From assembly GCA_030265395.1 (NCBI GenBank), contig JARFYF010000017.1:19215843-19279777 (forward strand): a DNA stretch of 63,935 nucleotides, given 5' to 3'. The notes under the pieces were generated by a model. It was given only the letters and a program-made list of their open reading frames with translations, did no database searches and was not told where the DNA came from. The stretch is from Rhina ancylostomus (Eukaryota). The position numbers and the translations under genes were made by a program. Numbering within the stretch: the first letter of the stretch is position 1; each line of letters begins with the position of its first letter. Of the stretch, positions 12,715 to 25,869 are shown in pieces.

Positions 12715-12895
12715 GAAGGACAAGCAGCATCTGTGGAAAGAGAAACACAGTTAACGTTTCAGGTCAAAGACCGTTTACCAGTACCCAGTGGCCTGAAACG
12801 TTAACTCTGTTTCTTTCTACAGATCCTGCCTGACCTGAAGCTTTTCCTGTTTTTTTTTGTTTCAGATTTCCAGCATCTGCATTTTTTGTATTTTC
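12715..12895. mobile_element. Penelope-like-derived palindromic short element
   Basis: ~40-bp inverted arms gcagcatctgtggaaagagaaacacagttaacgtttcaggtc / gcctgaaacgttaactctgtttctttctacagatcctgc, then tttcagatttccagcatctgc. Confidence 0.75.
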
Positions 12896-13684
12896 ACTGG
12901 GAAGACACAATTAGGTTTTATCAGTTGTACATAAATCTTTAAACATATAAGAATTTGAATGCCAGAATATTTTCAAATTTCCAAAAATAGTAAGGACTGA
13001 TACATATACTTAAAAAATAAATGAAATACTAAAGTGAATAAAACTTATCAACCTGCTCTAAAACCTTAATTGGCTGATTTTTTTGCACTTCTAGTGAAAT
13101 TCCTGTGCTCACAAATGCATATGCCTCTCAATATTACAGTTCACTAAATTGCTTGGTATACATCTGGGACCTGCATTTGAAATTCAACCCGAACACAGAA
13201 GTTGAGTTTTGATTCTTTCCCATTCTGAGTTGTTAAAGATCTTGAGATACGCTATGTCAATATTCGTCAAGTTCCCAGTGGATATAAGTACACAGGCCAA
13301 GTATGTTCCCATGTTTGTCTCTAATTGCCTCTTTGCAAGATTTGCATCTGGAGAGAAAAATAAACCTCCTGTAAAGTTCTTGTGCTGATTACAGTTCCCT
13401 TCCTTATGCTGCAATCTAAATATTTGTGAAATTGTATAACTTATTTTCTGTATTGTCTTTCAACTAAACTAGGATAGAGTTTCTAGTCTGGGAAGTTGCA
13501 CCTAAAATGCACTTAAAATTGCATTGGTGAGATTACTGTTCAAACTGGATATTCAAAAAAAGTAAAATCTTGAACTGGTGCATTCAAGCAGAGTAATTGT
13601 TTCCTTTAAGTTCTCTTTGGATTAAAAAATATTCCTTGATTTTTTTTTAAGAGTGGCAACCTGGTTCAGCTAATGGCAACTATT

Positions 13685-14195
13685 CAAAAGCAAAATACTA
13701 CAGATGCTGGAAATCCAAATTAAAATGGTAGCAGCATCTGTAGAGAGAGAGAGAAAAACAAAGGTCAATATTTCAGGTCAATAGCCTCCTATCTAGTGAT
13801 AAAATAAAGTGTGGAGGGACATAGCGACTAAAGAGAAAGGTGATAAGGTGAAGGGCAGGTGAGGCAGAATGACAGAAGTGGTGATAGAGCCAGGTAAAAG
13901 AGAGAGCATGAGTGAGTAACAAAGGGGTTGTTTGGAGGAGGTGTAAAAGGAGAAAATGAAGTTCTAACTCTTCCAGCCCTACCTGTTGTTATTCACTGAT
14001 GTCCTTACCACTCTTTCTCAAGCAGTCCCATCACCGCTTTTGTCTGCCCTCTGCCCTATCACAGACTTTTTGTTCTTTTTGCTCCTCCCCACTTCTTATC
14101 ACCTTATCTTATTCCCAGTTCTGATGAAATGTGAACTCACTCTCTCCCTCCACAAATGCTGTCTGACCTGCTAAGCATTTTCTGATTTATTTTAA
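13685..14195. mobile_element. Penelope-like-derived element (two 3' ends in inverted orientation)
   Basis: Starts aaaagcaaaatactacagatgctggaaatc, has a purine-rich half then a pyrimidine-rich half, and ends cagttctgatgaaa...ccacaaatgctgtctgacctgctaagcattttctg. Confidence 0.65.
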
Positions 14196-14299
14196 TGGAA
14201 ATCACAGAGCTAACTAGGGAAATGCAAAAGAAAGTCTAATTGTTAACTTTCTTAAATATTAGCTATCTCCTGTCTTTTTCCTTATACCTTTCTTCAATG

Positions 14300-14500
14300 C
14301 TCCCACATTTGTGGCTGTCGTATCCAGCAACTTGGGTCCTCAGCTTCTGTCAACCTGTACACTTCTCTTGCTTCCTTTAAGATGCTATCTTTTTCATCCA
14401 ACCATGGTCATGATACCTTGCACCTTAACTGGCTGATGGGCAAATTTAGTTTGGAACATTTTATTTCAATAAAAGCACTCTGTAGATAAAAGTTGTGAAT
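14300..14500 (+). mobile_element. L2-like 3' tail, decayed
   Basis: tggctgtcgtatccagcaacttgggtcct...cttcctttaagatgct...aaaagcactctgtagataaaagttg. Confidence 0.45.
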
Positions 14501-16929
14501 GCAGCAATAAGTAAATGATCCAATAGTGCATTTGGTGTGTTGTTTTAAGAAGTTACATAATGATAGCAATTACAAACCTATAGAAAGTGAGTTTTCTCGT
14601 CTAAAAACTTTTTGTAACAAACAATTCTGCCCTCAACAGGAGACACTAAATATTATGGAAGATATGGAAACTATTGTTAAACTGCAGTATTCCTTTATTT
14701 TCAATTTTGAGACATGTTTACCATTCATTTGACTATGTACCAGCACAAAATCCAGTATATTTGTTTAATTTCTATGTTTCCTTTTTCAGAATGATTTCCT
14801 AATTGTTGTCACTTCTTTCCATAGCAAGTACCTGACTTTTTTTTCTATTGGTATTTGATGTATAAAATAATAAACAAAGACAGTGGAAACGAATAGAAGG
14901 AACAGATGTACATTTTCCTTATTAATTCTTCATTGTGTTGTGCAACCAATTTTGTCAGTATTGACTGTTTGTGTAATTGTGTCTTCCTTCACAAACAAGT
15001 CAATGCAGACTATCTGTGCTTAGTACCAGTTGGTCTGATCTTCCCTGGTCTTTAGATGTGTCACTGGGCTTATGTTGAGTGAATTAGTTGTGAGCTAAAA
15101 CCTCTTTTGAAAAGGAGGCTTAAAGATGAAACTGTTTTTTCCCTTTTCTTGCAATTTACCTGTCCATTTAAGTCCAGTGAGGATAAGAGTAATCTTGGCC
15201 CAAAATCCAGGTTTAGCTAAACTTTGGAGATTTGACAGAACCTAGGAAAGATCAAGCTTCTGCTCCAATTTTTTTTAACTGCATTATTTCAACGGTAAAG
15301 TGGAAAAATCAAGCTGAGACTTTGACATTGAATAAGAGGAAAGAATGGCAATTTTACTGTTTGACTCTGACCTGTATTTGACTCTTGATTTTGGTTGGAT
15401 TTTGGTTTAGGCCCAGTAGAAGACAATTTGCTCCTCTCCAACATCCAGTAATCTGTGTACTTCAGCTGAATTTAGAAATAGATTGTCATAATGACATTTA
15501 ATTAACTTCAGGAAAAGTAGGGTCAGCTAGTTCAGCCATCTCATCTCTTCAAATCAATACTTATCAGTCCAAGACTTATGCAAAACTTTTGGAATTCAGG
15601 GCCAATTTGCTGTCTGCACCAAAATCATCACCTTTTAAATGGCATCATCAGAGCAGCAAAAGATACAAAATAACATATTGGTTGATATGCAACATTGATT
15701 TTTTTGGTCTTATGATTTTCTTTTATGTTGTGACATGTTGTTTTGGTAAAATCAGTCTCCAACAAAATTCAGTTTTTTTGTTAATGCATTATAAATGCAA
15801 ATCTTTCTTTCTTTCTCAGGGAGAGTTGAACATGTTGTTTCTCACTTGATCCCCAGCTATTTACTATTACTGTTCATCAAAGGCTCTTTCTCCTGAACAT
15901 TCCAGTATCTGGAGTTTTATTCCTGCTGATGACAGGAACATTTTTCAAACAGGTCTGAGCTCTCATGATCTGTCTACACTGAAGTGAAAGCCGCTTGTAA
16001 AATCACATTGGTTTGTAGGAAGCAAACATAGGAGGCCAAAGTCAGAAAACTCCAAGAATCAGATTGTGAATTTATACTTGATTAAGTTGTTATGTAAAAA
16101 AACGTGTTTCATGTTTTGTAACTCAAACAGAACTGCAGAATACCAAGAGCTTCAACAGTGCATGCCACTTAGAAGATGGGCGTTCTGCTTCACATTGACA
16201 GTGTAATTATACTCTGTTTAACTGAATATAATACATTTTCCACAGTACTAATTGTGCTGAAGTGAAAACAATCAGAACCCTGCCAAGATATAAGGGCCAT
16301 AGTTTGTAACCATATCACTTGGGTTGCATTTTTCTTTTTTCTATACATCATTCCCTCGTTACCATTTCATTAAATGGCACATCTCCAGGAATAGTGTTCT
16401 TGTTATCACCCTCTTCATTCATTACTATTTCATTCCAAATCATCTTTTGACTGCTGGGAAAGTGACAGGCCAACTGGATCATTTCAGCCAAATCTCTGTT
16501 ACAACTCTCATCTTCTAATTCATTCTGCTTCTCAAGCATTTATTATGTCAGATAACTTTTGCAAGGCTACCACCATACTCATGTTGCATCATCCAACGAA
16601 TTAACAAAATGTTATGTAAAAGTGTAATGGACAGCAGAAATTACCTATGCTGGATAAAGACCACTGACTGAAAGAAAATGGTAATAAATAACCAAATCAA
16701 TACAGTTGGGATTTTAGTCTATATATGCTTTGTTAATCTAATGGAGTCTTTATAACACAAAGCCAGTTATCCAACTACAATAGATGAAATAGATTCCATG
16801 CTCAGAAGTTCGTGATTTTTTTATGTGTGTATTTCATTTGCTTCAGATTCTTGGGAGTAAAATCCATTCACCAAGTACTTTGCACTTTTTGTGTTTAATA
16901 GAATGGCTATTGGTACAATGATTATTACG

Positions 16930-17260
16930 AAAACCAGAGTATGGATTTAAATTGATTCTAACTTTGACGCTAAATTCTTTACATGCTAGACACATGTGTT
17001 GAGCGCATGAACTCATGGATACCTCCCATTGCCCTCTTGATCCCATTTTTCTTGATCGCCGCTAGATATATTCCTTATAAAGATATTTTTTTCATCATCA
17101 AGCATATTAGATCAAATTTGCTGCAGCTCTTTGCAAATGGATCTGCTTATAAATTTCAAAGACACCATCCAAATGCAGTATATTAGGCTGATCACTTAGC
17201 TACCTTATCATTAAGTAAATGACTTAAATAGTAATTAAATAAATATGAAATGAAAAATGA
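16930..17260. promoter_or_regulatory. Candidate conserved non-coding element
   Basis: Repeat-free, retained CpGs (gacgc, gcgc, atcgccgc), AGATCAAA (TCF-like), TTGCAAAT and TAATTA motifs. Confidence 0.3.
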
Positions 17261-17789
17261 GAATAATAATAGCAAAGGATGGAAAGTGCTTTATTCCCAA
17301 TTTTAGCTTTTAGTTTCGGTGCATGTTATATCTCAGAAGATAATGACTATACTCTGTTAGAAAGATTGCAAAGATAAGTTTCTGATATGTGAATTATTAA
17401 ACACATGATCAAAAATGTAAAATTATAATGAATTTTATCAACTGGATATATTAGCAGTTTTCTAGTGTGGATTATTGATTATTTGTGAATATGTGACATT
17501 TGGTCTGATTATTTTAAAATTGACTGTGTGGCCCTGGTTTATTGTGTTCACATTACAAGTAGTCTCCAGTGAAGTTTCATTCCAAGATTGTGTGATTAGT
17601 TAGTTCCATTAACTGCTTCCCTGAGTGAATAAGGCTAGGTACAGGAGTGGATTAATGTTCATGTCTATTTGGTTTGTTCCCAGCCACATGTGGGGCCTCC
17701 ACCAAAAGGCAATTTAGTTTAAGCATAGTGATTATAATTTACTTTATTAATTACGTGGTCCATGGGCTTATTTCTTCACAAAGTACAGA

Positions 17790-18185
17790 GTATAGCAGTA
17801 TATTAGTTATGTTACTGGATTAATAATCATGACAACTTGACTTAGAATCTCACGAAAGCAGTTTGAAAATCTGAATTCCGTTTAAAAATTCACCAGAGAG
17901 GGAAGTTGGTAACTGTAAAAGTGATCATGATGCTGGCAGCTTGTCATAAAACTGAATTGGTTAGCTCTGAATAAGATATGTAATCCTTACCCAGTCTAGC
18001 CGATGTATGACTCCTGCATCCATACAATTTGCCCTCAAATGCCATCTGAAATGCCCTTGCAATCTCAATGGGTATATCACATGGAATGCAGTGGTTCAAG
18101 AATGCCACTCATCATCAGCTTCCCAAAGCAAAGGGACACAGACAATAAAATGTTTTGTCCTGTCACATATCCACTACTAAATTTT
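17790..18185 (+). mobile_element. Old tRNA-derived SINE carrying the family B LINE 3' tail
   Basis: Decayed tRNA-like head (tatattagttatgttactggattaataatc...agaatctcac), core atccttacccagtctagccgatgtatgactcc, tail cacatggaatgcagtggttcaagaatgcc...caataaaatg. Confidence 0.6.
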
Positions 18186-19551
18186 CTAGACACCACTCAG
18201 GTAATGATTAAGCATCTTAATGATTTGGTGGTGGGTGAAGTGATGGGATGTCGATTGTGAGGAGTGTTCTGACACCTGAGCATCCAAGAATTGTTCATTT
18301 AAATATGGCTGAGAAAATAACGAATATTTTAAACAAGGCATTTTTCATACTCCTGAGGGCAACATTAACAGAAAAGGTGAAAATCAGCTCCACTGGAGCT
18401 AAAAGTGAAGCACCATGAAAAGAAACCAAAAATCGTGGTTAGAGAAACATTTAACACTGAATGTTATTTTCCCTCAAAAAAAGCATGAAGTTAAACTGAT
18501 AAATTAAAATGGTGCTGTTCAATTGTCCTGAAAGGAAACAGAATGAGAAAAAAAACATTGTTAAGGAAAAGAGTCTTTCTGTTACTAGGTCCAGGTTGAG
18601 TGTGAGATCATCCTAAAATAAAGAGAGAACTGCTGCTACATTCCTGTGCTTCCTTCACTGTTCGTATCCCTCCTACTTCTGTGCCTCTACTTGAAGGTAA
18701 GTTATCCTGTTGTNNNNNNNNNNCTGATGTATCATGTCACAAACACAGCATCATATCTGCATGGCTATTTCATGGATTCAGAGATTATATATACCAGCTG
18801 AAGTATGACTATTGAGTGGATAAAATTCAATTGATCATGATGCTACGTCTTTACAGAACATTGCTTAAATAACTTCACTGAAATATTGATACATTTATCT
18901 TGATGAATGAGAGTCTACAGAATATGTCATGTGATCATAACTTCTTTATGAACTTATTTTAGGGATGAGTGACAAAGATTCTCTGTTCGCATTTGTTGAA
19001 AGAATAAAACTAGAATTGCAATGATGCTTGTATCTTCAGTGGAATTTTCATATTATTCTCAGAAATGTCTAATGCCTGTCACCTTAATATTTTCCATTGT
19101 GTTCTCCTTGACAATTAATGCAACAAGGACTGTCATGTAAAGTGGTTGCAATTCATTTTTATCTTTGGCTGGAGTGGAGAATTGACAGGAATAGTCTGCA
19201 TAATACTTGTCAAACTATAGTCATAGGCAAGTAACACAATGGCATTGAATTAGGAACGTTTGATAAGAAATGTAGTGGAACTTCATCAAATAACTTTTCC
19301 ATGTATGTTAAATTCCATCAAGAGCATCAATACATACCTAGTTAAAATATCATGAGAGTAGAACCTTGTGTCCTGCAGTCAAATCATTATTATTGAGCCA
19401 AAGCTTACTGAGTGCTGAGCAGTCATTGCTTGCTGTTGACCCACATGGTAAGTATGAACGTAACTTTTTCTGAATCTGGAACAGGTGCCTTGCTACTGTC
19501 CCAATTGACAAGGTGCCAGAATCTTTCATGATGTGATTGTGTTGAGTGGGT

Positions 19552-20000
19552 GGGCTAGAAAAACCCAATCCATGATACGTCCAAGAGAAAGTGATTGACA
19601 GTCATCTTAGCAATGCCGCCAGGTGTGAGGTATTGCAACACATTAAATAATTTGAATGATTTTGAATGTCTTTAATATTCAGAAACTTATGTAAACTATT
19701 AAAAACTATTAAAAAATGTATTTTAAAATGTAAGCACTAAAATGCTTATAAACACTTTTAAACAACTAAACATGTTTAAGTAAACCATTAATTGATTGAA
19801 AATCTAGATTACCTGATACTTACCCATGTACCTCACAACCATTCTTCATGAAATGAAGGGACTTGCACCCATTCTGTTCTAGCTCTTCCCTGATGCAGGT
19901 TCAGTGGGAAATTCCCCAGCATAAGTGCAGCAAGTAGCCCTGCTTTATGAAGAATCTTACATCAGGGTAGCACTACCAAAACCGCAGTGAAGAATTTGTC
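19552..20000. mobile_element. Decayed non-autonomous element with an AT-rich core (probably Harbinger-related)
   Basis: Begins gggctagaaaa, A-rich core ending atacttacc, GC-richer flank. Same layout as 23900-24310. Confidence 0.35.
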
Positions 20001-20829
20001 CGCTTAACCCCTGTCAGTTTAGATCTGGTTTATTTGTTTCAATGGAGAACAAGTTCAGAACTTTAATGTTTGCCTTAGATTCTCAAATATCCTGAGGCTT
20101 GTGGATGGGATGGCAGCAGTTTGATAGAGAACTGCTAACATTTCCCAGCACGATTTGAGCTATTACCTTTAAGAATACGTAGAATTTTTAGCAACAAAAC
20201 AAACCATTTGTCCCAACCATTCTCTACCAATAATTCTGCCCCAGACAAAGTTCCAACCAGTCAGCTTGCCCTATAAACATGTTCTTCTATTTCTTTCTCA
20301 TGTTGTGATGCATTTTCCCCTGAATGAGATTTTGATTATTTCTTGGAAGGAAACAATTTTTTGCAAATATACTTGTAGCAACAGTTAGCAAGATGAAGAT
20401 CCTGGGTGAATGAATCATCTGATCCAATTTCCAAATAATTGTAGATAAAAGAAATTGTGATTTTTTTTGTACATAAATTATGCAACTAATAAAGAGATTA
20501 TTAGTGTTTCTCCATAATTATCAACCAGTTGACAAACCTACTTGTCTAGAAATTAGTTCCCACCTATTTCTGGTGGACTAAAATGAGGTTGCATTTAATA
20601 CGAACACCCAATTAGGACCCTGCAAAAACAATTGCAAAGTTGTTCAAATTCCATCTTAAAATAATTGAAATAATCTCATTTACACCCAGAATGAAGGCTA
20701 AAATGGAACCTGGGCTAATCCTGACAAGGCCTCATTATTTTTGATCATCTCCTGACACTTTGCAAACAACGAATGTGTCAACCCTTAAAGGCACACTCTT
20801 CATTATAGTGACATAGCAACAAGGTGGCT

Positions 20830-21030
20830 GCCACAGGAGGTTTCAGAAGCTGTAGGGAAGAGAGAAAAGGCTCTCACAATCACTCAAAGGAACACGTAGG
20901 TCCTGGTCAGCATGACACATGCCCGCAGGAGTCCAGAGAAGGATCTGGCAGAAGGTGGGTGAGATAATCTCTTCCAAAAAAAATGATGGAGCAATTTTGA
21001 GAAAATTTTCATACCCACCCAGCCTTTCCT
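20830..21030 (+). pseudogene. Myb/SANT-like DNA-binding ORF relic (Harbinger second gene)
   Basis: EAVGKREKAL...RRIWQKVGEIISS...(M)EQ..RKF resembles the W..VA..V.....R..EQC.KK pattern. Convergent with the transposase. Confidence 0.5.
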
Positions 21031-21189
21031 AATGTTACGGTGATCAACAAACCACTGGTCATAACAAGGAGTGGAAATTCTCTTGGCAGTGGTTCTGAGC
21101 TACTTAAGCCACAAATCTGACAATACGGAGATGTTGTTACAAGCCCTTAATTTAAGTGGAACCTTCCTCATCCTCCTGCTCCTGTTGCT

Positions 21190-22000
21190 CCTATTAGTCA
21201 TCAGGATCTGCCTCATGGCCCTCAGGTTCCAGGTCCCCTGTTCTCTTCCTCCAGCATCAGCTGCTGTCTTCAGCTGTCTGGGTTCTGCAGTATGCAGCAG
21301 ACAACAAATCAAGATCTGTTTCTTATCCACTTCAGAACAGGGAGTAAAATCTCATCTTCAGGATGCCTTTGGTGTTTTCTACTGCAGTCTTGCTTCTTGA
21401 CTGGTGCTTACTGAATCTGTGCTCAGGTGTTGTGCTCCGAGTTCACACAGGTGTGAGTGGCTAGGGTTTAGTCCTTGACCCCCACCATCCATCATTGCAG
21501 GCTGTTCTGGCCTCAGTGTATGTCCAGTACTGCAGACTCCCTCAGGAGTTTCCCTCTTGTGTGTTTCCCAGAAAATGGCTCTCACCAGGAGGAAATTATG
21601 TACAGGATCTGAAATAACCTGCACATTGAAGGAATGAAAAGTTTTCCTATTCCACGTTTTAATGGAAGCCCTTATCAGTCAATGGCTGCCTGCACTTGTC
21701 GACTGCTGGCAATGCTGACCTGACACATCCCACAGTCTGAACTGGAAGTTTCTTCACAAACACAGTGCCTGGATGTTTACTCTGACAGAACACTGAACTG
21801 GGAGACATGCTGAGATCTGTTGAGGCTGCTTAGACAGATCTTCTGGTGAGGAAGTTGGAAGTAAACTTGGCTTTGTGGTGAGAGCAATCTACGACAGCAT
21901 GGTTGGAAGCCTTTCTGCAGAATGTATTACGTCACAATGATGAGAGCCTTAGAAAAACTGAGCCCATGAATATATTGTTCATTGCAAAGTTCCAGATATG
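21190..22000 (-). pseudogene. Harbinger (HARBI1-like) DDE transposase pseudogene
   Basis: Minus-strand motifs in the expected order: NEQYIHGLSFSK, NFLTRRSV*AASTDL, VQAAID* (21675-21695), WNRKTFHSFNVQVISD (21605-21654), AVENTKGILKMRFYSL (21338-21385), ICCLLH. Confidence 0.85.
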
Positions 22001-22420
22001 ATGTGGTGTCTTCAAAGACTCTGTGGGAGTTGATTTGTCACTAATTGGAATGTTTTTGCCTCCTGCATTGAGGTCCTTGACCCACCGTGAGTGACCAGCC
22101 ATGACCACAATGATGCCTTCTGTAAACTTGCCCTTGGTGTTACAATTGCGGCACTGATTGAGGGAGCATCTCTGCAGATGAATGCTGGAAAATGCACATT
22201 CTGTTACTTTTGACACACTAGAACATTGGAACATGTTGAGCAGCCTGAAATCAGTTCCAATGCAGGAAAAACAATACAATTTCCAATGAAACTACTCTGG
22301 GTAAAAATGGGATTGTGTACCATCCTAAAAACGGGTGTAAGTGTTCCAATTTCATGGCAGCCCCAATTAGATCTCCCTCCCTTCCATGGGTTTATTATTG
22401 TTTATTGTCTGACTGGAGTT

Positions 22421-23030
22421 CATAAGAAAATAGGAGCAGGAGTAGGTCACTCAGCCCCATTCAGTATGATGGTGGCTCCTCTTCTGTGCCTGTTCCCCAT
22501 AGCCCTCAATTCCCTGATCTTCCAAGAATCTATCTACTTCCTTTTTAAATATCCACAATGATCTAACCTCCACAACCCTCCAGATTAGAAAATTCCAGAG
22601 ATTCACGACACTCTGAGAGAAGAGGTTCCTATGCACTTCATTTTTGAGGGACCACCCCTATACTTGTAATTATGTCCCCTTGTTTGAGATTTTCATGCTG
22701 GCAGAAACATCTCAACATCTATCCTGTCACAGCCCTGAAGATCTTATATGTTTCAATAAGATCTCCCTCATTCTTCCAGACTCCAGAGAATATAGATCTA
22801 ATTTCTTTAGGCATTCATGATAAGACAATCTTCTCATCCCAGGCCCAATGAATCTCTTTTGGACTGCTTCCAATGCCAGTATATCCTTTCTTAAATAAGG
22901 AGACCAAAACTGTGTGCAGTACTCCTGGTGTGGCCTCACCAGTACCATTTATAATTGTAACAAGATTCTCCTTTTTCTAAATTCAGACCTTCTTGCAATA
23001 AAGTACCAATGTGTCAGTTGCTGCATGTCC
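22421..23030 (-). mobile_element. CR1 LINE 3' fragment
   Basis: ORF 22727-22948 LVRPHQEYCTQFWSPYLRKDILALEAVQKRF, ORF 22451-22636 FSQSVVNLWN, tail cataagaaaataggagcaggagtagg. Confidence 0.9.
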
Positions 23031-23409
23031 CACTAGCAATTTGCAACTGGGCTGAAGTTCTCTGCAATACCCTTGATTGTTATAGGTGCTAATCATTGTC
23101 ACTTCAGAAAATGAGGTCTTGTTGGTGAGTCTCAATTTGAAAAAGCATGTGCGTTTTATAACCTCTCATTAAAACAACACAGTGCAACAATGTTTGTCAT
23201 TTGGATCCAATCAGTTGGAGACCCAGCAAGGGAAGTTTCTCCTATGCACAGTTGAAATCTCCCAAATGGGAACAGTTACTTGATAATTAACTAATGTATT
23301 TTAAAAGAGAAACACATTCATTAACAGTTTAAAGTGCTAAGATTCATATTAGTATGAAGCAAAGTTAATCACTGAAACACATCTTGTTCAGCACCTTCTT
23401 CTTTAAGTT

Positions 23410-23760
23410 ACTTTCAGGATACTAGTTATAGAAAAAAAGGCCAATATTAATTGGCCATGCCTTGCTGCTCTTGAGAAGATGATACTGAGTCATCCTCTTC
23501 AATTGCTGCATTCTATGTGACACAATGGATGAGGAGGGCCAAGATTTTGATCCAGTAATGAGGAAGGAATGGCAATATACATCCAAGTCAGCCTGATGTA
23601 TGGATCAAGGGCTAGCTCGGACTGTGGATGAGTCTGCCACATTTGCTTAGTGGGTGGAGGCCCTTGGTTTGTGAGGAGCTATTGAAGAAGTTTTGGCAAG
23701 TTGCTGCAGTGCATTCTGCCAAAAGTACGCCATGAGCAGTGGAGAGAGAGACTATTAAAT
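23410..23760 (-). mobile_element. Family B LINE 3' end
   Basis: ggccaatattaattggccatgcc...cttgagaagatg...gattttgatccagtaatgaggaaggaatggcaatatacatccaagtcag. Confidence 0.7.
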
Positions 23761-23899
23761 TTGGCTCGCCTGATTTCATTGCATTGTGGGTGTAGCTCTT
23801 TCTTTCAGAAAACTAGATTGTTGCTGGATGTCCTTTCATTCACTCTATCAGATTCTATTGAACCCGGTTCGGTGTCCACAGTGCCCACCCACCCACAAT

Positions 23900-24310
23900 T
23901 TAATTTTCTGGAGCAGAGGGTTGGATGAGCTGAGAGGTGTTGTATGAGGTGGAGCAGACTGTAAGCAGCGAATAAGCCTCAGACAGTGTATTCTGAGGCC
24001 TTGCCCCTGAACATTCTGACAGCCTTTAACAAATCACCATTGTTGTAGGATTTTGTACTGGCTATAAATGGTCAGAGACACTTAAAGCCCATTCAAATAG
24101 TTAAAATAAATAAAAATGAATTTAACTCACATCTCAACATATTAATAAATGATTTAAAGCTGAAAATAAAATACCTCCAACACACTTCTATACTTACCAT
24201 TTCCTACATGGCTGGCAATCCCATTCACTTGATGGCTGTTTGTACACCGTCCCTCCCTGGTGAAAAGCTGACAAGTGAACGAGGGGTGCAGCCAGACTTT
24301 TCCTTCAGCA
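23900..24310. mobile_element. Decayed non-autonomous element with an AT-rich core
   Basis: Same layout as 19552-20000: tgacag motif, A-rich core, atacttacc, then cccattc. Internal hairpin gcctcaga/tctgaggc. Confidence 0.35.
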
Positions 24311-25869
24311 CAACTGCACTCTGCTGCTTGGCTCCATGGTAAGTCGGCATGTGAACTCCAGCTCACCTTGCACTTCCACGTGTGACCAAGCGTGCCCAGA
24401 CAGCTGACCCATGACAGCTGTATGGAACTGTGGTCTGTCAGTCAGCTAATTCAGACAAGCATCTGTGATTATTAGAACAGCAGACCCTAAGAACGTTTAT
24501 TTGTGCATTTCTGGACACTCTGCTTAACAGCCTTGCTGACAGGAGATACATGTGTCACACTCAAAGTGGCTTGAAGTTGGAAGATCTAGGCCCTTTTGTT
24601 CACTTCCAGCTGTACCTCTGTTGCCTGCAGTGGAGGGTTCCAAGACTGAATGGAGCTTTAAGTTCATTAGGGGGGTCAATCGGCCTGAAAGGTTATTCTC
24701 CACCACTTCTAACCCAGCTCTGCCTACCCATGATGATTCAACATTCTCTTACTCTCCTCCCTTTGATTTTCCCATTCTCATAGCTGCCACTTTACTGCAA
24801 AACAGATTTCAACAATAGCTTCGCAACTGAGTTCCCTGATTTCATGCAGCACCATAGAACTGACTAGTAATTTTTACAGGCTTGTGGTTTTATGTTAATC
24901 AGTACAAAATATTAGTATTAATATGAAGACATTCCTTAGTAAATAATTATGGATGTGCTGTTCACTGAACTTTACTGCTCTACAACTGGTTTTCCTTGCA
25001 GAAAATTGATTTACAATGCCTACAGCTCTTGTAAATAAGTAACAAACACTGTGAAAATCATGTAGCATTTATATTGATTATATTTTTGACGACAAGGCCC
25101 CCACATACCTGATCCTGAGAATACAAGTTGGGAATCACTGTAGAAACCCCCAAAAGATGTGATGCCCTGTACACTAATTTATTGCTTGGACCAGACAAGC
25201 ACCCTAGTGACCTAGAGCTACTAGCTCGATAATGTGTCTGTTTCAGAGCTTTTTGTGATAAGCTAAAAGGTTCTGCTTTTCCAGGAGTCTTTCCCTGCAC
25301 TTTGAAAGGCCACGGTAACACTGACCAGTTTTGCCTCGGGCTCTTTTTACGATGCCTGTGGGGGGAGAAAATTGACAACAACCAAGAATCTTTTTTAGGC
25401 TGTGTATTTTGGTCGACCTACAATCTTCTTCATAGAAAAGGTGTTCATATATATATATATTCCCTCACAGAGACCCCAAGAGCAGAAGCTGATCTCACTG
25501 GAGTTTAATAAACTGGTGCATTTTACCAACATGGCAGCTCAATTGTATCCCCTAAGATAGACTGNNNNNNNNNNNNNNNNNNNNNNNNNNNNNNNNNNNN
25601 NNNNNCATTGGTAGTGCGAATTTTTCAAACCTCTGATCACTTCCCCAGCTCCAATTATTCCTTTAGGCCACACCTGGATGAACTCCTGAATGATGCACTT
25701 CCATCAGCTCCTGCTGATCTGGCTATGGTCCTTCATGAACTAGAAAATATAATCTTTCAACTATTTCACATCAGTTGTGAAATCGCATTCTCCTCCATAA
25801 CACAACTTCTTACTGTTTAATTGGACTGTCTGTGAATTGCTTTGGACTGGGAAGGCATCTTCCTACTTT

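Larger units (their letters stand above)
20543..22358. mobile_element. Decayed autonomous-type PIF/Harbinger DNA transposon
   Basis: Contains a transposase relic (-) and a Myb/SANT-like relic (+). Degenerate TIRs: gtctagaaattagttcccacctatttctgg versus the reverse complement of the right end, gccatgaaattggaacacttacacccgtttttagg. Confidence 0.7.
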
